A stretch of 63,575 nt of DNA, filler included, from Saprolegnia diclina VS20 (lineage: Eukaryota): assembly GCF_000281045.1 (NCBI RefSeq). It is 12 parts of 6 records of this genome, joined end to end, with 100 filler letters (N's around TTAATTAATTAA, not from the genome) between each part and the next. Parts side by side here need not be neighbours in the genome. Positions count along the whole stretch, not along the records: positions 35,465 to 47,646 come from NW_008246192.1; 11 more parts are not named here. The stretch is one strand, 5' to 3'. Positions within the stretch are counted from its first letter, which is position 1. Every line of letters starts with the position of its first letter. Below, piece by piece: positions 35,559 through 46,643 of this stretch. The notes under the pieces were generated by a model that worked only from the letters and a program-made list of their open reading frames with translations, ran no database searches and was not told the DNA's origin. The translations under genes and the position numbers were made by a program.

Positions 35559-36578
35559 TGGTGCAAACTCTGAAGTTCGACCTAGATTGAAATGTACCGT
35601 ACTTAACAAAATATAAACACAGTCAAAATAATCACTTCGGATCCCAAAGGCGTCACTTCTTAACGAAAAAGTGGCTTTTCCTTAACAAAAATATCACTGC
35701 TGCTCCGCGTCAATTTTCAGAAAAAACACTCTCAAAATAGACAGCACACTCGACGCTGGCGTCGCCCATTCCTCGATTTGCTCGATGAAGAAGTTCATTT
35801 TGCAATAACCAGAGAACGCGGAGTGGATGCGTGCTCAAGAAGCGCGCCAGCGAGAAACTCGCGACCCCAGGGACGGGCTGAAAATCATGCGCGCCTCTTT
35901 GTTTCCCGAACTCACGCCGCACACGATCGAGACCGCCGCGATATAGTCAGAGCATGACATCGTCCACGTGGCACGACACCGTCAACGCATGCGTGATGCC
36001 ATGAAGCAGCTTCGCGCCATTAATCCGCCGTGGGTGGGCGAAGACGTTTCTTCTGTGGTGGCTCCTCGGCGCACGGCCGAGCGACGTCATACGTATCCGT
36101 GGTCTGACAAGGCGTGCACCATCTTCTTTTACTTGCATCCAAGCCTTGGGAACAGAGACATCGAGCTCACGCGAAAGCGTCCTCGAATGGATCGAGACGG
36201 CAACACGCAAGATCGACTCTGTCCAAGCAGCCAACAAGGCATCGCCGCAGCGTTCAGAAAGTACGGCCAGGATCCACGGTGCAAGACCGCTGAGGAGCTT
36301 CTCGACGGACTCGAGGGTTTGCAGGAGAACTGCATCAACGCCTCACGGCTCGAGATCCAGTCTGCCGTCAACCTATCAGAGTAGACTAGCTTGCGTTCTA
36401 TTGGTCAGTCATTTTGAAAATAATCACTGCATTTCCTTTCGTAAAGATCACTTTCATGGGGCAAAATGGACCACTCTTAACGTTAATTTCATCACTTTCT
36501 TGGCGCGAACCAAAGTGTATACTTTGTTAAGTACGGTATCGACATTTCAACTAAGGTCGAACTTCAGAGTTTGCACCA
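35559..36578. repeat. Outer inverted repeat (about 36 bp) split by the Tc2-like insertion
   Basis: TGGTGCAAACTCTGAAGTTCGACC-TAGATTGAAATG (35559-35594) pairs with CATTTCAACTAAGGTCGAACTTCAGAGTTTGCACCA (36543-36578). Confidence 0.85.
35597..36536 (+). mobile_element. Non-autonomous Tc2/pogo-like (Tc1/mariner superfamily) DNA transposon
   Basis: TA|CCGTACTTAACAAA...TTTGTTAAGTACGG|TA: 14-bp perfect TIR extending imperfectly, with TA duplication; internal ORF remnant 35968-36384 contains GIAAAFRKYG, like DDE_1 C-termini. Confidence 0.75.
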
Positions 36579-36999
36579 GTTATCGATTTGCACTAGTTAT
36601 CAACGTTGGNNNNNNNNNNNNNNNNNNNNNNNNNNNNNNNNNNNNNNNNNNNNNNNNNNNNNNNNNNNNNNNNNNNNNNNNNNNNNNNNNNNNNNNNNNN
36701 NNNNNNNNNNNNNNNNNNNNNNNNNNNNNNNNNNNNNNNNNNNNNNNNNNNNNNNNNNNNNNNNNNNNNNNNNNNNNNNNNNNNNNNNNNNNNNNNNNNN
36801 NNNNNNNNNNNNNNNNNNNNNNNNNNNNNNNNNNNNNNNNNNNNNNNNNNNNNNNNNNNNNNNNNNNNNNNNNNNNNNNNNNNNNNNNNNNNNNNNNNNN
36901 NNNNNNNNNNNNNNNNNNNNNNNNNNNNNNNNNNNNNNNNNNNNNNNNNNNNNNNNNNNNNNNNNNNNNNNNNNNNNNNNNNNNNNNNNNNNNNNNNCG

Positions 37000-37836
37000 C
37001 AGCCGGTGGAGCCCGACGTGCCAACGACAGAGGTACTTGCACTCACGCCCCCGCCAACACCGGGCAAACTCGCCTACATGCTCTACGCGACCAACTCGAT
37101 TACTGCGTGCAGCGCACTCATCATGGCCGACAGCATTCGGCGTCTCGGTACGCCGGCGTCTGTCGACGTCGCCGTCCTCGTTACGGGGTCGATCTCCCAA
37201 AACATCCACGACGCCCTCACTGCCGGCGGGCTCGTCGTCATCCCCGTCGCATCGTGGCGTCAGCCCAGTGCGCCCCACGACACTTGGGTCGAGTCGCTCA
37301 CGAAGCTGCGCATCTTTGAAGAGCACGGCTACGATCGGGTCATCTACCTCGACTCGGACGCGTGGCTCCAGCGCAATTTGGACCATTTATTCTACCTCGG
37401 CGAGGCGGTGTTTTGGGCGCCACGAGCGTACTGGCTCGACCAGCCGTTCATTGCGTCGACGCTGCTCGTGCTCACGCCCTCGAATGCTCTCTTTCGCCGT
37501 CTCGAGAAGACGGTGGCCGAGAACCCGGGCAAGGAAATGTACGACATGGACGCGCTCAACGTAGCCTTCAAGAACGAGTACGGCATGCTCCCGAGCCACT
37601 ACGTATGCCTCAACTCGGAGGTCAACAACAGGGACAAGATGCTTGGCTTTGCCTCGGTTGACGAGCGCATCAACAAGACGTACGTGCACCACTACTCGAT
37701 GATGGACAACGGCGGGTATGGCAAGCCGTGGCGCATGAACCGGCACGCCATGGTGCGCAGGCCCGAGTGGCACCCGCTCTTTTACACGCTCTTCGAGATG
37801 TACTACGAGCGCCAAGACGCCTTGTGCCACTTTTAA
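37000..37836 (+). CDS. Glycosyltransferase family 8 (glycogenin-like), 5' truncated by gap
   Basis: AYMLYAT, SLTKLRIFEEHGYDRVIYLDSD (DxD motif), NLDHLF, DMDALN, HHYS...KPW. Confidence 0.88.
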   Translation, partial: QPVEPDVPTTEVLALTPPPTPGKLAYMLYATNSITACSALIMADSIRRLGTPASVDVAVLVTGSISQNIHDALTAGGLVVIPVASWRQPSAPHDTWVESLTKLRIFEEHGYDRVIYLDSDAWLQRNLDHLFYLGEAVFWAPRAYWLDQPFIASTLLVLTPSNALFRRLEKTVAENPGKEMYDMDALNVAFKNEYGMLPSHYVCLNSEVNNRDKMLGFASVDERINKTYVHHYSMMDNGGYGKPWRMNRHAMVRRPEWHPLFYTLFEMYYERQDALCHF

Positions 37837-38254
37837 CATATATCAATCGACGATGTTCACTAGCTACTATGTTGCTTGATCGTACCGACTAATAGACGCC
37901 ATGACCTTTGAGACCCACTGCGAGACGTTGTAGTGGCCAACGCTAAGCATCCATCGAGCTCGGTTGCCAACTTCTCTGTGAGATGTCGCAATTCTGGGGT
38001 GCCACGTATACGATCAGTTTACAGAGTGGAAGACTTGGTTATCTACTCCGCTAGGGTCCGTTGCTGCGTGCTTCGACGACCCAGCTACCGCTAACGCTCT
38101 TGTACTAGAGAGTAGAAAGCCCATCGCAAGCAAGCTGTGTATGGGCAGCTCTCTTGCTCATGAGTTTATTTGTGGCGGATGCCGCATTTAGCTTCCGGAT
38201 GCCGGATACGCAGCCTCGCGGGAGAAAGCTCCGCGTGGTCATTCCTGGACTGGC

Positions 38255-39360
38255 ATGCGATTCCTCCACCTCCTTCTTGTCGTCTTCGCCATGGCGCTGG
38301 CCGTCGTCGCCGACCCGCCGCCCAAGGAGGACGACCCCGCGCTCTCCAAGATCCGCGTCCTGCGCAACGAAGCGCTCAAGCTCAAGGACAAGCGCGCCTA
38401 CGGGCAGTCGGTGCAGAAGCTCGACAAGGCCATCCGGTCGCTCCGGGACCTCCACGAGTCTCGCACCGACGCCAAGAAGCGGACGGCCGACGCAGCGCTT
38501 CTGGGGCAGACGCTCAACGAGCTCGGAAACGTCTTGGCGCTGGACCAGCGCTATGAAGACGCGGAGCGCGTCCTGAAGCAGTCGGTGGACCTCAACTTGA
38601 AGGTCCTTGGCGACTCGCACCCGTCGTACTCGCTCGCGCTGCGCAACCTCGCTGAAGTCTACATGGCGCTCGACAAGTACGATGAAGCAATTTCGAGCTA
38701 CAAGACGCTCAAGTTCCACGCGCAGCAAGGCCTCGGCCAGCAGCACGCCGCCTGCATCGACGCCTCGCGCCGCATGGGCGAGTCCTTCCAGAAGCTTGGC
38801 AAGTTCAAGAAGGCAGTCAAAGTCTACAAGACCATCCTCAAGCAGCTCGACCTCCCGACGCCCGAAAGGTACTTGATACATCCTAGCGTTCTTCATGGCA
38901 TCCTCGTCGTGCTAGCTCGGGGGAGATCATGGGCGAACCTGGCGTCGGCGAGATCTTTATGGGTCTCGCCAGCAGCCTCCTGCGCGTCGACAAGCTCGAC
39001 GAAGCGATCCAGTACGGCGAGCGCGCCGAGCACATCATGCGCGTCCGCGACGGCGAGAACTCGATGGGCTACGCCTTCAGCCAGAACGTGCTCGCGGGGG
39101 TAAGGCGCTCATGAAGTACAAGACGTGGACCATGGACGTGGCCGTAGATTTACACGCACAAGGGCGAGGAAGACGTGGCGCTCGACTACCTCGAGACGGC
39201 GCAGCGCATTGCGGTCCGCGAGTATGGCTTGACGCACGAGATCGTCAAGGCCGGTCAGAGCAACATTGAGCGCCTCCAAGACCGCATGCAGGAGAAGAAA
39301 GACCGGAAGAAGAGGAAAGTAGTTTTGGACGCTGCCAAGGACGAGAAGACGGAGCTGTAG
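38255..39360 (+). CDS. Secretory-pathway TPR protein (kinesin-light-chain-type TPRs) ending in KTEL
   Basis: Signal peptide MRFLHLLLVVFAMALAVVA; TPRs LNELGNVLALDQRYEDAERVLKQS and LGDSHPSYSLALRNLAEVY; two predicted introns; C-terminus DEKTEL-stop. Confidence 0.82.
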
Positions 39361-39566
39361 ATGATCATTTTGATCCTTAGTTAGTCGGTAGCGTCGACTA
39401 TACAAGGACTGATAACCTTTTCTCACACGAAACGCCCGATAATCCTATTTTCAAGTTTCGAAACAAGGACAGATCCGGATTTTCTCTCGATGTTCGACAA
39501 TTCTCTCTCTTGGTGTTTGTATGCGCGACTTGGCCAAATCTCGGAAAGACGGCGACGACGACGACG

Positions 39567-39951
39567 ATGGTCGGTGCATATTGGACGCGCGGAAGCGGTC
39601 GGCCTCATGCGCTTCCTCCTGTAGTCTGGGTACGAGGCAGAGGAGACGATCAAGCGCATCAAGAGCCACAAGGGCGTCCAGGCCGTCCTCATCGTCAACA
39701 ACGACGGCGTCCCGATCTACTCGAGCACGAGCGACGAGGAGTTTGCGATCGACCACGCGGCCTTGATCTCGCAGCTCGCGGCCAAGGCCAAGAGCACGAT
39801 CCGGACGCTGGACCCGACGAACGACATGACGTTCCTCCGCATCCGCTCCAAGAAGCACGAGATCATGATCGCGCCCGACAAGGAGTATGCGCTCATCGTG
39901 ATCCAGAACCCGAACGCGGGCACGGATGCCGAGATCACCGAGCTCGCATAA
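39567..39951 (+). CDS. DYNLRB: Dynein light chain roadblock/LC7
   Basis: ATG, intron 39570-39624, then [13 protein letters not shown]...[35 protein letters not shown]. Confidence 0.95.
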
Positions 39952-39986
39952 GACTTGTAATTACACATCCTGCTACTAGCAGCTCC

Positions 39987-41695
39987 TCATGGCATGGCGG
40001 GCGTGTTGCCAAGCACGTGCTGGAGCGACGCAGCCTCGGGGTTGTACGCTGGCGTCTCGACGAACTGGAGGAAGAGGTTGCTTATCCGCTTCCGGAGCCC
40101 CTCGAGCGACTTGACGCTGCGCCCGCGGTTGAGCATGTCGGCCTCGCGGTCGATGAGCTCGATGAGCTCCCGCGTCAGCGCGCTCTCAAACTCCTTGACT
40201 GTCCACTTGACGTGGAGCAGCACATCGAGGCGCTCGTCCACCGTCGCCAAGGGCAGCTTGAGCCCGTGGTAGAGGTCGCTGAGCTCCTTTGCGCGGATCT
40301 ACACGCTCCATGATCACCTCTCTCTTCATCCTCCATCTACGGTGAACGGCGTCTCGACGGGCTTGATCTGGCCGTCGCTCATCTGCCACTGCTTGGGCCG
40401 GCTCAGCACCGTGAGCATCGACTCGATGCGGGCCTTGCGGTTCGTCTCGTTGGCCGACATCTTGAGCCGGTCGATGGTCTGGAGGAGCTTGGTCTCCTTC
40501 GTGAGGATCGCGGCCATCGCGGCGGCGCGGGCCTCTCCCGATAAGCCGACGTCCAAGCTGCTGATCTCAAAGAGCCGCCAGTTGTCGAGCTCGTTGTAGA
40601 GCACTTCAAAGTCGCTGTGGGACTGCGGGTGCATGCGCCGGTCGATCTCCTTGCGCTGGCGCGCGGCCAAGCTGACGCGGGTTTCGTTCGCAAACTTCTC
40701 GTCCGAGTTGCACATGTCGAGCTTCTTGGCGCGGATCGCGTGCACGAAGCAGCGGGCGCGGTACCTAGCCGCCGTCTCTACCTCATCCGTAGGAAGACGA
40801 CGAGTCGTACGCGCGCCAGTGGCACTGCAGAATGAGACACGAGTCCATGCGGAGGCACTCGAGCTGCTCGGCGTTAAAGTACGGCTTGGGAAGGACTTCG
40901 CGGTCGAGGGACGAGTCGATCGCGACGTCGATCCGGTCCATCTGCGTGCCGGACTCGCGCTGGGTTTGCGCCGACTTGGTCACCGACTTGCGCGTCTGCG
41001 TCTCGCGGTGGAAACGCGGCGGCCCGAGGCGCACCTTTTGCTTGGACACGACTGTCTGCAGGTCGTTTTAGTTACCAGTTAGTAGATCGGACAGTCGTAC
41101 CTGCGCCGACGCGTGGTGGAAGATTTGGTCGCTAATCTTGTGGCGAAAGCCGCCCAAATACGGTTTTTTGCCCGTGAATTTCAAAATTTGGACCGGAAAC
41201 GAGTTGAGGAGCTGACCAGCGTCTAGTTAGTTCATCGTCTAGTACCCAGACGACGAAGATGACAGGTGCGAGCGTACCGCTGTAGACAGACACGTCGATA
41301 GCGTCGGGCATCTTGTACTCGCTCGAGCCGACCTTGACCTGGACGACGCTCGCGTGGAGGAGGATCTCTTGGTCGTTGTTGGCAATGAGGCCGGCGTGCG
41401 CCAACGTGAACGTCATGGCGTCGTAGCCGTGGGCCGCGCAGGCTACACGGCATTAGCGCGCGCGTGTAGATCAGTGGGCACCATCGTCGAGCTCGGGGAT
41501 CTTGAGCGCGCCGGGCGTGAGCTTGAGGTCGGTCGTGACTTGGTCCTTGAGCTGCTTGAGCGTCGACGTGGCGGCCGCGAGCACGCGGTGGCGGAACCCG
41601 TCGGGCTCGAGCACAAAGATGAGCTGGAACTCCGTGTCGAGCGGCGACTCCTCGGCAGGCTCGACCCGCGCGTCGGCGTCCGGAGGGTTGCCCAT
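39987..41695 (-). CDS. IQUB: IQ and ubiquitin-like domain-containing protein (flagellar radial-spoke component), multi-exon
   Basis: N-terminal ubiquitin-like segment; KPYLGGFRHK, RETQT, GTQM, PKPYF, RRMHPQSHSDFEVLYNEL, ERLDVLLHVKWTVKEF, LIDREADMLNRGR...FLQFVETPAYNPEAA. Confidence 0.9.
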
Positions 41696-41817
41696 GGCGT
41701 TTTGCCGTGAAACGACTACTCGCGCGTCTAGTTAGTACATTTGAAGAACACCATCTCGTGCCAAACACTATATATTTCTAGACAAATTTCAACGCTACAA
41801 CTCAGTCTCGACACTAC

Positions 41818-43218
41818 TTACGGCTTGGCGTAGTACGTCGTGTTGAGGTACACCATCTTCTGGAACTCGGCCGGGCAGTACGGGAAGAGGACCGTCGGGT
41901 CCGCGATCGTCGGCGCAAACAGCTTCTTGCCCGTGCTGATCGAGACGTAGATCGCGAGCGCCGAGGTGAAGATGATGATGAAGATGCTCCAGCCCTTCTC
42001 GAGGAGACCCATGTCCTTGTAGAAGACCTTGAGGTGGAACCACACCGGGAGGATCATGCAGCCCAGCGCGGCCGACGACGCGCCCACAAAGTCGAGCAAA
42101 TCCAAAAAGTGGTTTTGCCAGATGATCGCAACGATCGTGCTGATCGTGATCTGGACAATGCGCATCGTGCACGCCTTGAGGTAGTCGCGCGACGACGCGT
42201 ACACGGCGACGGGCGCGTCGACCTTGGACACGACTGCGGTCTCCTTGGGCGTCTCGTTCTCGACGAACGCCGGCGCGTCGCCCGTCTCGAGCGCAAAGTT
42301 TTGCTTGTGGAAGCCAAAGAGGACGCGCTCAAAGATGTAGAACGTCGGGAAGAGGTCGATCGCAAACGCGACACTGATGTGCAGATGCATCATGAGGAAC
42401 GCAATCACGACCGCGCCCCGGGGCGCCGTGAACCCGAGCTTCGTGCCCGCGATCGAGAAGAGGAGGTTGCCGGGAATCTGGCACCCGACGTTGTGGTCGC
42501 CGATGAGCGACACCATGAAGAAGAGCGCGGTGCAGACGCCGAGCGTGAAGAGGATGACGCGCGGCATGCGCTCGGGCTGCGTGTGTTCGCGCTGAAGGGC
42601 CGGGATAAGGACGCCGGCCGCGTACCCGAGCGAGAGGTTGCCAAAGACAGACGTGACGCCGTCAAACGTAATCGCTGGCGTCGGCGCCGAGAGGCCGTCG
42701 GGAATGTCCGACATGTTGTCGAGGAGCACGTAGAGCGCGACAGCGTCGGCGATGAGCGTGCCGAGCGCACCGGCCGTTGCCGTGCCCGCGCTCTCCTTGA
42801 GCGACGGCATCATGCAAATCGGGAGAAGGCTGAGCGCCATGAGAATGATCCAGACGGTCGCCGTAAACGTGTTGGGAAAAAGCACATCGAGAAGCGACCC
42901 GCCGAGGACGAGGAACGCGATCGGGTCCAAGCAGCAGACGAGGAGCTGCGAGAGCGTCGTGATGAAGCGACCAAAGCCACCGTAGACCCACTCGCCAATG
43001 TCACCGTACGTCTTGACGTACTTGGGCGCGGCCAGCATGACCTTGGAAAGCGCGACAGTAGCGTAGAGGTTGATAGCCGCCATGAGCACAAGCGCACCGG
43101 TGGCCCAGTAGTAGCCGGCGCGAGCGTAGTTGGCCGGCATGCCAAGCGTACCGACGCCGTACACGACGCAGAACAAGTTGAACGAGATCTTGATATCTTC
43201 GTGGGTCAAGAACGCCAT
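41818..43218 (-). CDS. Amino acid/auxin permease (AAAP, Aa_trans) family transporter
   Basis: 466-aa multi-TM ORF; FNLFCVVYGVGTLGMP...AG, TYGDIG, LIPALQREHTQPERMPRV. Confidence 0.92.
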   Translation of the reverse strand: MAFLTHEDIKISFNLFCVVYGVGTLGMPANYARAGYYWATGALVLMAAINLYATVALSKVMLAAPKYVKTYGDIGEWVYGGFGRFITTLSQLLVCCLDPIAFLVLGGSLLDVLFPNTFTATVWIILMALSLLPICMMPSLKESAGTATAGALGTLIADAVALYVLLDNMSDIPDGLSAPTPAITFDGVTSVFGNLSLGYAAGVLIPALQREHTQPERMPRVILFTLGVCTALFFMVSLIGDHNVGCQIPGNLLFSIAGTKLGFTAPRGAVVIAFLMMHLHISVAFAIDLFPTFYIFERVLFGFHKQNFALETGDAPAFVENETPKETAVVSKVDAPVAVYASSRDYLKACTMRIVQITISTIVAIIWQNHFLDLLDFVGASSAALGCMILPVWFHLKVFYKDMGLLEKGWSIFIIIFTSALAIYVSISTGKKLFAPTIADPTVLFPYCPAEFQKMVYLNTTYYAKP

Positions 43219-44927
43219 GGCTGGTGGTAAGCAGACAGGCGCAAATCGAAAAGTGAGACTGGGAGCGCTGGTCGCGTGACGTGGTTGAGCTGCGGCTCGC
43301 TCTCCGAACGTGTAGCGTGTTCCTTGCCTCTATGACCGTGCACCATTTCAGTCGCACGTGGTGGACAACAAAAGGTGTCACTGAAGCGCCCGTCAGGTGA
43401 CACGGAGAAATACGCGACGTCCATTGGCTCAAATGTGTGCTGCGTGCTCGAACCTAGTTGACTGATCCCCAAAGTGAGATATTTCAGGCGTTACATGTCC
43501 ACAGAAAAACAGATGTTTACGGATTGCTCGGGTAAAGAGTCCATGATGAGCCACGTCTGTGGCGGGATGTTGATTCTGAGGCCATATCACGCACAAGTTG
43601 CCGTTCACCTTACAAACACATGTCGGGTACGAATGGCTGCGACAGGAGGTCCCCGTGCACGTACCGCCGTACAATCGCCTGCATTCGATCAGAAGGCGCC
43701 CGAGAAGACTTGACCAAAGTCACCGAGACGGGTAGTTCGTGGATGCTCCTACTTGTCCTGCGAAAGCGCGGCGTCAACTTCGAGGTCGAGCCACCCACGA
43801 CCTAGGTGCAGTCACAAGCCCACCCCGACGCAGTGGTCGTCGATCGTATAGCAAACTTGATCGATCAGCGCTGCTTGTTTGGCTCCATCGTGAATTCGGA
43901 AAGGTTCCGTCGTCCAAGTAGCTCGACATGTAGCAAAATGCATTCACTGCATACAAGGGCTGGTATTATCACTACGTCTGATCAGAAGTGAGAGGCGCTG
44001 ATCAGAACTGGGAGGAACCGAGAAACTGATCAGAGCGGACCATCTACGTTCCTCAACGATTCCCGCCGTAAAAACAGGGAGTCGCATGACATGCAAGGCA
44101 AGCTTCGGCGATGCGCGCTCATGATCGAAGCCATCATGCTCCATAACGGTAGGGGAGACTGCAACAGCTGCACGTTGCCCTTCCTACCGACCATCCATTC
44201 GGCTCGACTTTGTTGGCGCTGGCTCTAGTATGACTGCAGCGCTGGAGAAGCGACGCAATAACTAATCGGGTCAAAAGCTCAACACTCGCGAAACATCGCT
44301 CAGCTGGATAAGATCGCCTGTCGGTCCGCCACGTCACCCAACAAAGCCCACTGTTCCAGCAAAGAAAACATCCTAATCGCTATTACCACTACACCGGTAG
44401 TGCGTCAACGAACAAACTCCGTGGATACCAGTACTGTAGCACCGAGCGAGACCCACAAATATATGTACAACTGTTGGCAGCGAATTGAGACTGGCAAGCG
44501 CAAGCTTGTACTCACAAGTGCGCTTTGCCATCAGTTCCAGCACTCGTTGAGACGTTGCTGAGCTACTCGTGAGCACTAATATAAGGCGCAGGACACAAGT
44601 TGGCGGACCAGACAAATGGGTGCAGGTCTGATGGAGGGTAGGACGGTGCTGGCAGCTCTGCCGACGCTGCTATGTGATGAATGGGAGGCCGATTTTGCGG
44701 AGATTCCGAAGCAAACTGTAGGGCGAGGGCTGTTTCTGCGCTGCCCTTTGTCGCGACTTTTGAAAGTTGGCTGTGTGGCTGTTGCAATTGCATCCTTTCC
44801 CGTTGTCTGTGATTCAGATGAGATTTTCCAAACACCAAACATGGATGTGTAAGAGCAAATATCGGTATAAAATCAGGGGTAGATGTGTGTACTCTCGTCC
44901 AACAAGAATCGATTGTTCGACGATGGC

Positions 44928-46643
44928 TCACGCCCACTTCAAGTACATAATACCAAGCAATGCGAGACCGGCAGGAATAAAGATGCCGAGCAAGTAGAGC
45001 TGCGACGTCGTATCGTCCGGACAGCCGTGACCACCGGCAAGCTTGAGGCAGTTGGTCGAGTCAAACATCGACGTCATCGTCCCCGTGATGGACGTGGCGA
45101 GGATGACGAAGAAGGCGTAGAAGATGCATCCGGCGACGGTCGGGTAGCTCCCACCATGCTTCTTGAGCTCCAAGACCGCTTCCTTTTGACTCGGCAGCAG
45201 GACGACCCAGAGACAGCCAATGACAGTGGACGCATACGCAATCACATACGTCCACGCGACCTCGTTTCGGGTCTCGGGGAGGTCCTTCTTGATCGCGCGG
45301 CTGCTGACGCTGAAGTTGGCGTCAATCACGTTGGTGATCATCGGGCCAAAGACGCCCGGGAGGTTGGTGATGGTGGTAAGGAGCCCGTAAATGACGCCTT
45401 CGCTGCCTTCTTCGGCCAACTCGACAATCACAAAGGTACTAACGACAAAGCCGATACCAACGGGCAGCTGCTCGGTGAGTGGCACACCGAGGTAAAACCA
45501 CTGGTTGCGGACAACATTGTAGATGGTACAGAACTGCACGACGGCGTCAATCGCGTTGGCACAGAGGGTCGTACTCACAAGCACATAGCGCCAGTTCCAG
45601 TGCGTGCCGTACTTGCCCGTGACCATGAGGACCGTCGCAAAAATGAGGTTTCCGAGAATACTCGTGAGCGACGCATTGAGGTTCTCGACCTTGGCCCAGT
45701 AGAGCGCCACGTACGGCGCCGCGGTCGTCGAGATGTACGACGCAAAGAGCGAGAACATAAAGTTGAAAAGCATCACTTGCCACACAACGCGCTTCTGCGC
45801 AAGCGTCCAAAACCGCGCCAAGTAGCTCGAGACCGACACCCGCGTCGTCGACTGAACATCTTTGACCCAAAACCAGACCACCGGGACGTTGAGGATCGAA
45901 GTGGCCGCCAAGATCCAGAAGTACCCGTTGACGCCAATGTCCCAGTCGTATGTGCCCGTCATGCGCGTCGAGTTGAGGCAGAAACCGGAGACCGCCGTGA
46001 TGATGGCCATGCAGACGGTGCGCACCGAGTAGACCATCGACTGGAGCCGACCGCGCGTCGCCACTGGCTCGCGCTGGGCGTACGAGACAAGCAGCGCGTC
46101 CTGCGCGACGTTGGCGAGGATGTAGCAAAAACACGCAACCGTGCAGAGCAGAGCGAGCACCGACCCGTTCGAGGTCGCGTGAGCATCCGGCGCCGGTTCG
46201 CCTGCGGGCTTGAGAGCCACAACGACCAGAAGAACGGATGTGAGGCTCCAGCCGAGAAGGATGTACGGCTTGCGGTGGTATCCAAACATTGGAAAGCAGT
46301 CGGTGAGCACACCGAAGAAGACCTTGAGCGACCACCCGAGGCTCATGAGCGCCGTCGCCGAGTTGAGGACGTTGCCTTGCAGCTGGAAGAAGCCGGTGAG
46401 GATCGGGTACTTCATCCCAGAGATGCCACCATAGACGACGCCAATGGCCGCGTACTGAAAGAGTAAGGCGAGGACCTCGGGCGACGTGTACACGGGCGCG
46501 GCACCGTCGCGCAAACCGCCGGCTTCGACATCGACGGGGGTTTTGACGATGCCGTAGTCGTCGGCAGCCTTGGCAAGGCCGGTCGGCGACGTCACATACG
46601 AGAGGCGCTCAGCAGCACCCAGTTTGTTGTGCTGCACGAGCAT
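44928..46643 (-). CDS. Folate-biopterin transporter (FBT/BT1) family MFS protein
   Basis: WSLKVFFGVLTDCFPMFGYHRKPY, AQREP...RGRLQS, ELAEEGSEGVIYGLLTT; about 12 TMs; first ATG at 46643. Confidence 0.9.
   Translation of the reverse strand: MLVQHNKLGAAERLSYVTSPTGLAKAADDYGIVKTPVDVEAGGLRDGAAPVYTSPEVLALLFQYAAIGVVYGGISGMKYPILTGFFQLQGNVLNSATALMSLGWSLKVFFGVLTDCFPMFGYHRKPYILLGWSLTSVLLVVVALKPAGEPAPDAHATSNGSVLALLCTVACFCYILANVAQDALLVSYAQREPVATRGRLQSMVYSVRTVCMAIITAVSGFCLNSTRMTGTYDWDIGVNGYFWILAATSILNVPVVWFWVKDVQSTTRVSVSSYLARFWTLAQKRVVWQVMLFNFMFSLFASYISTTAAPYVALYWAKVENLNASLTSILGNLIFATVLMVTGKYGTHWNWRYVLVSTTLCANAIDAVVQFCTIYNVVRNQWFYLGVPLTEQLPVGIGFVVSTFVIVELAEEGSEGVIYGLLTTITNLPGVFGPMITNVIDANFSVSSRAIKKDLPETRNEVAWTYVIAYASTVIGCLWVVLLPSQKEAVLELKKHGGSYPTVAGCIFYAFFVILATSITGTMTSMFDSTNCLKLAGGHGCPDDTTSQLYLLGIFIPAGLALLGIMYLKWA

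Noticed and set aside
7138..39951. Dynein gene cluster linking the adaptor with roadblock and IQUB
   Set aside because: They are on different contigs separated by several artificial linkers.
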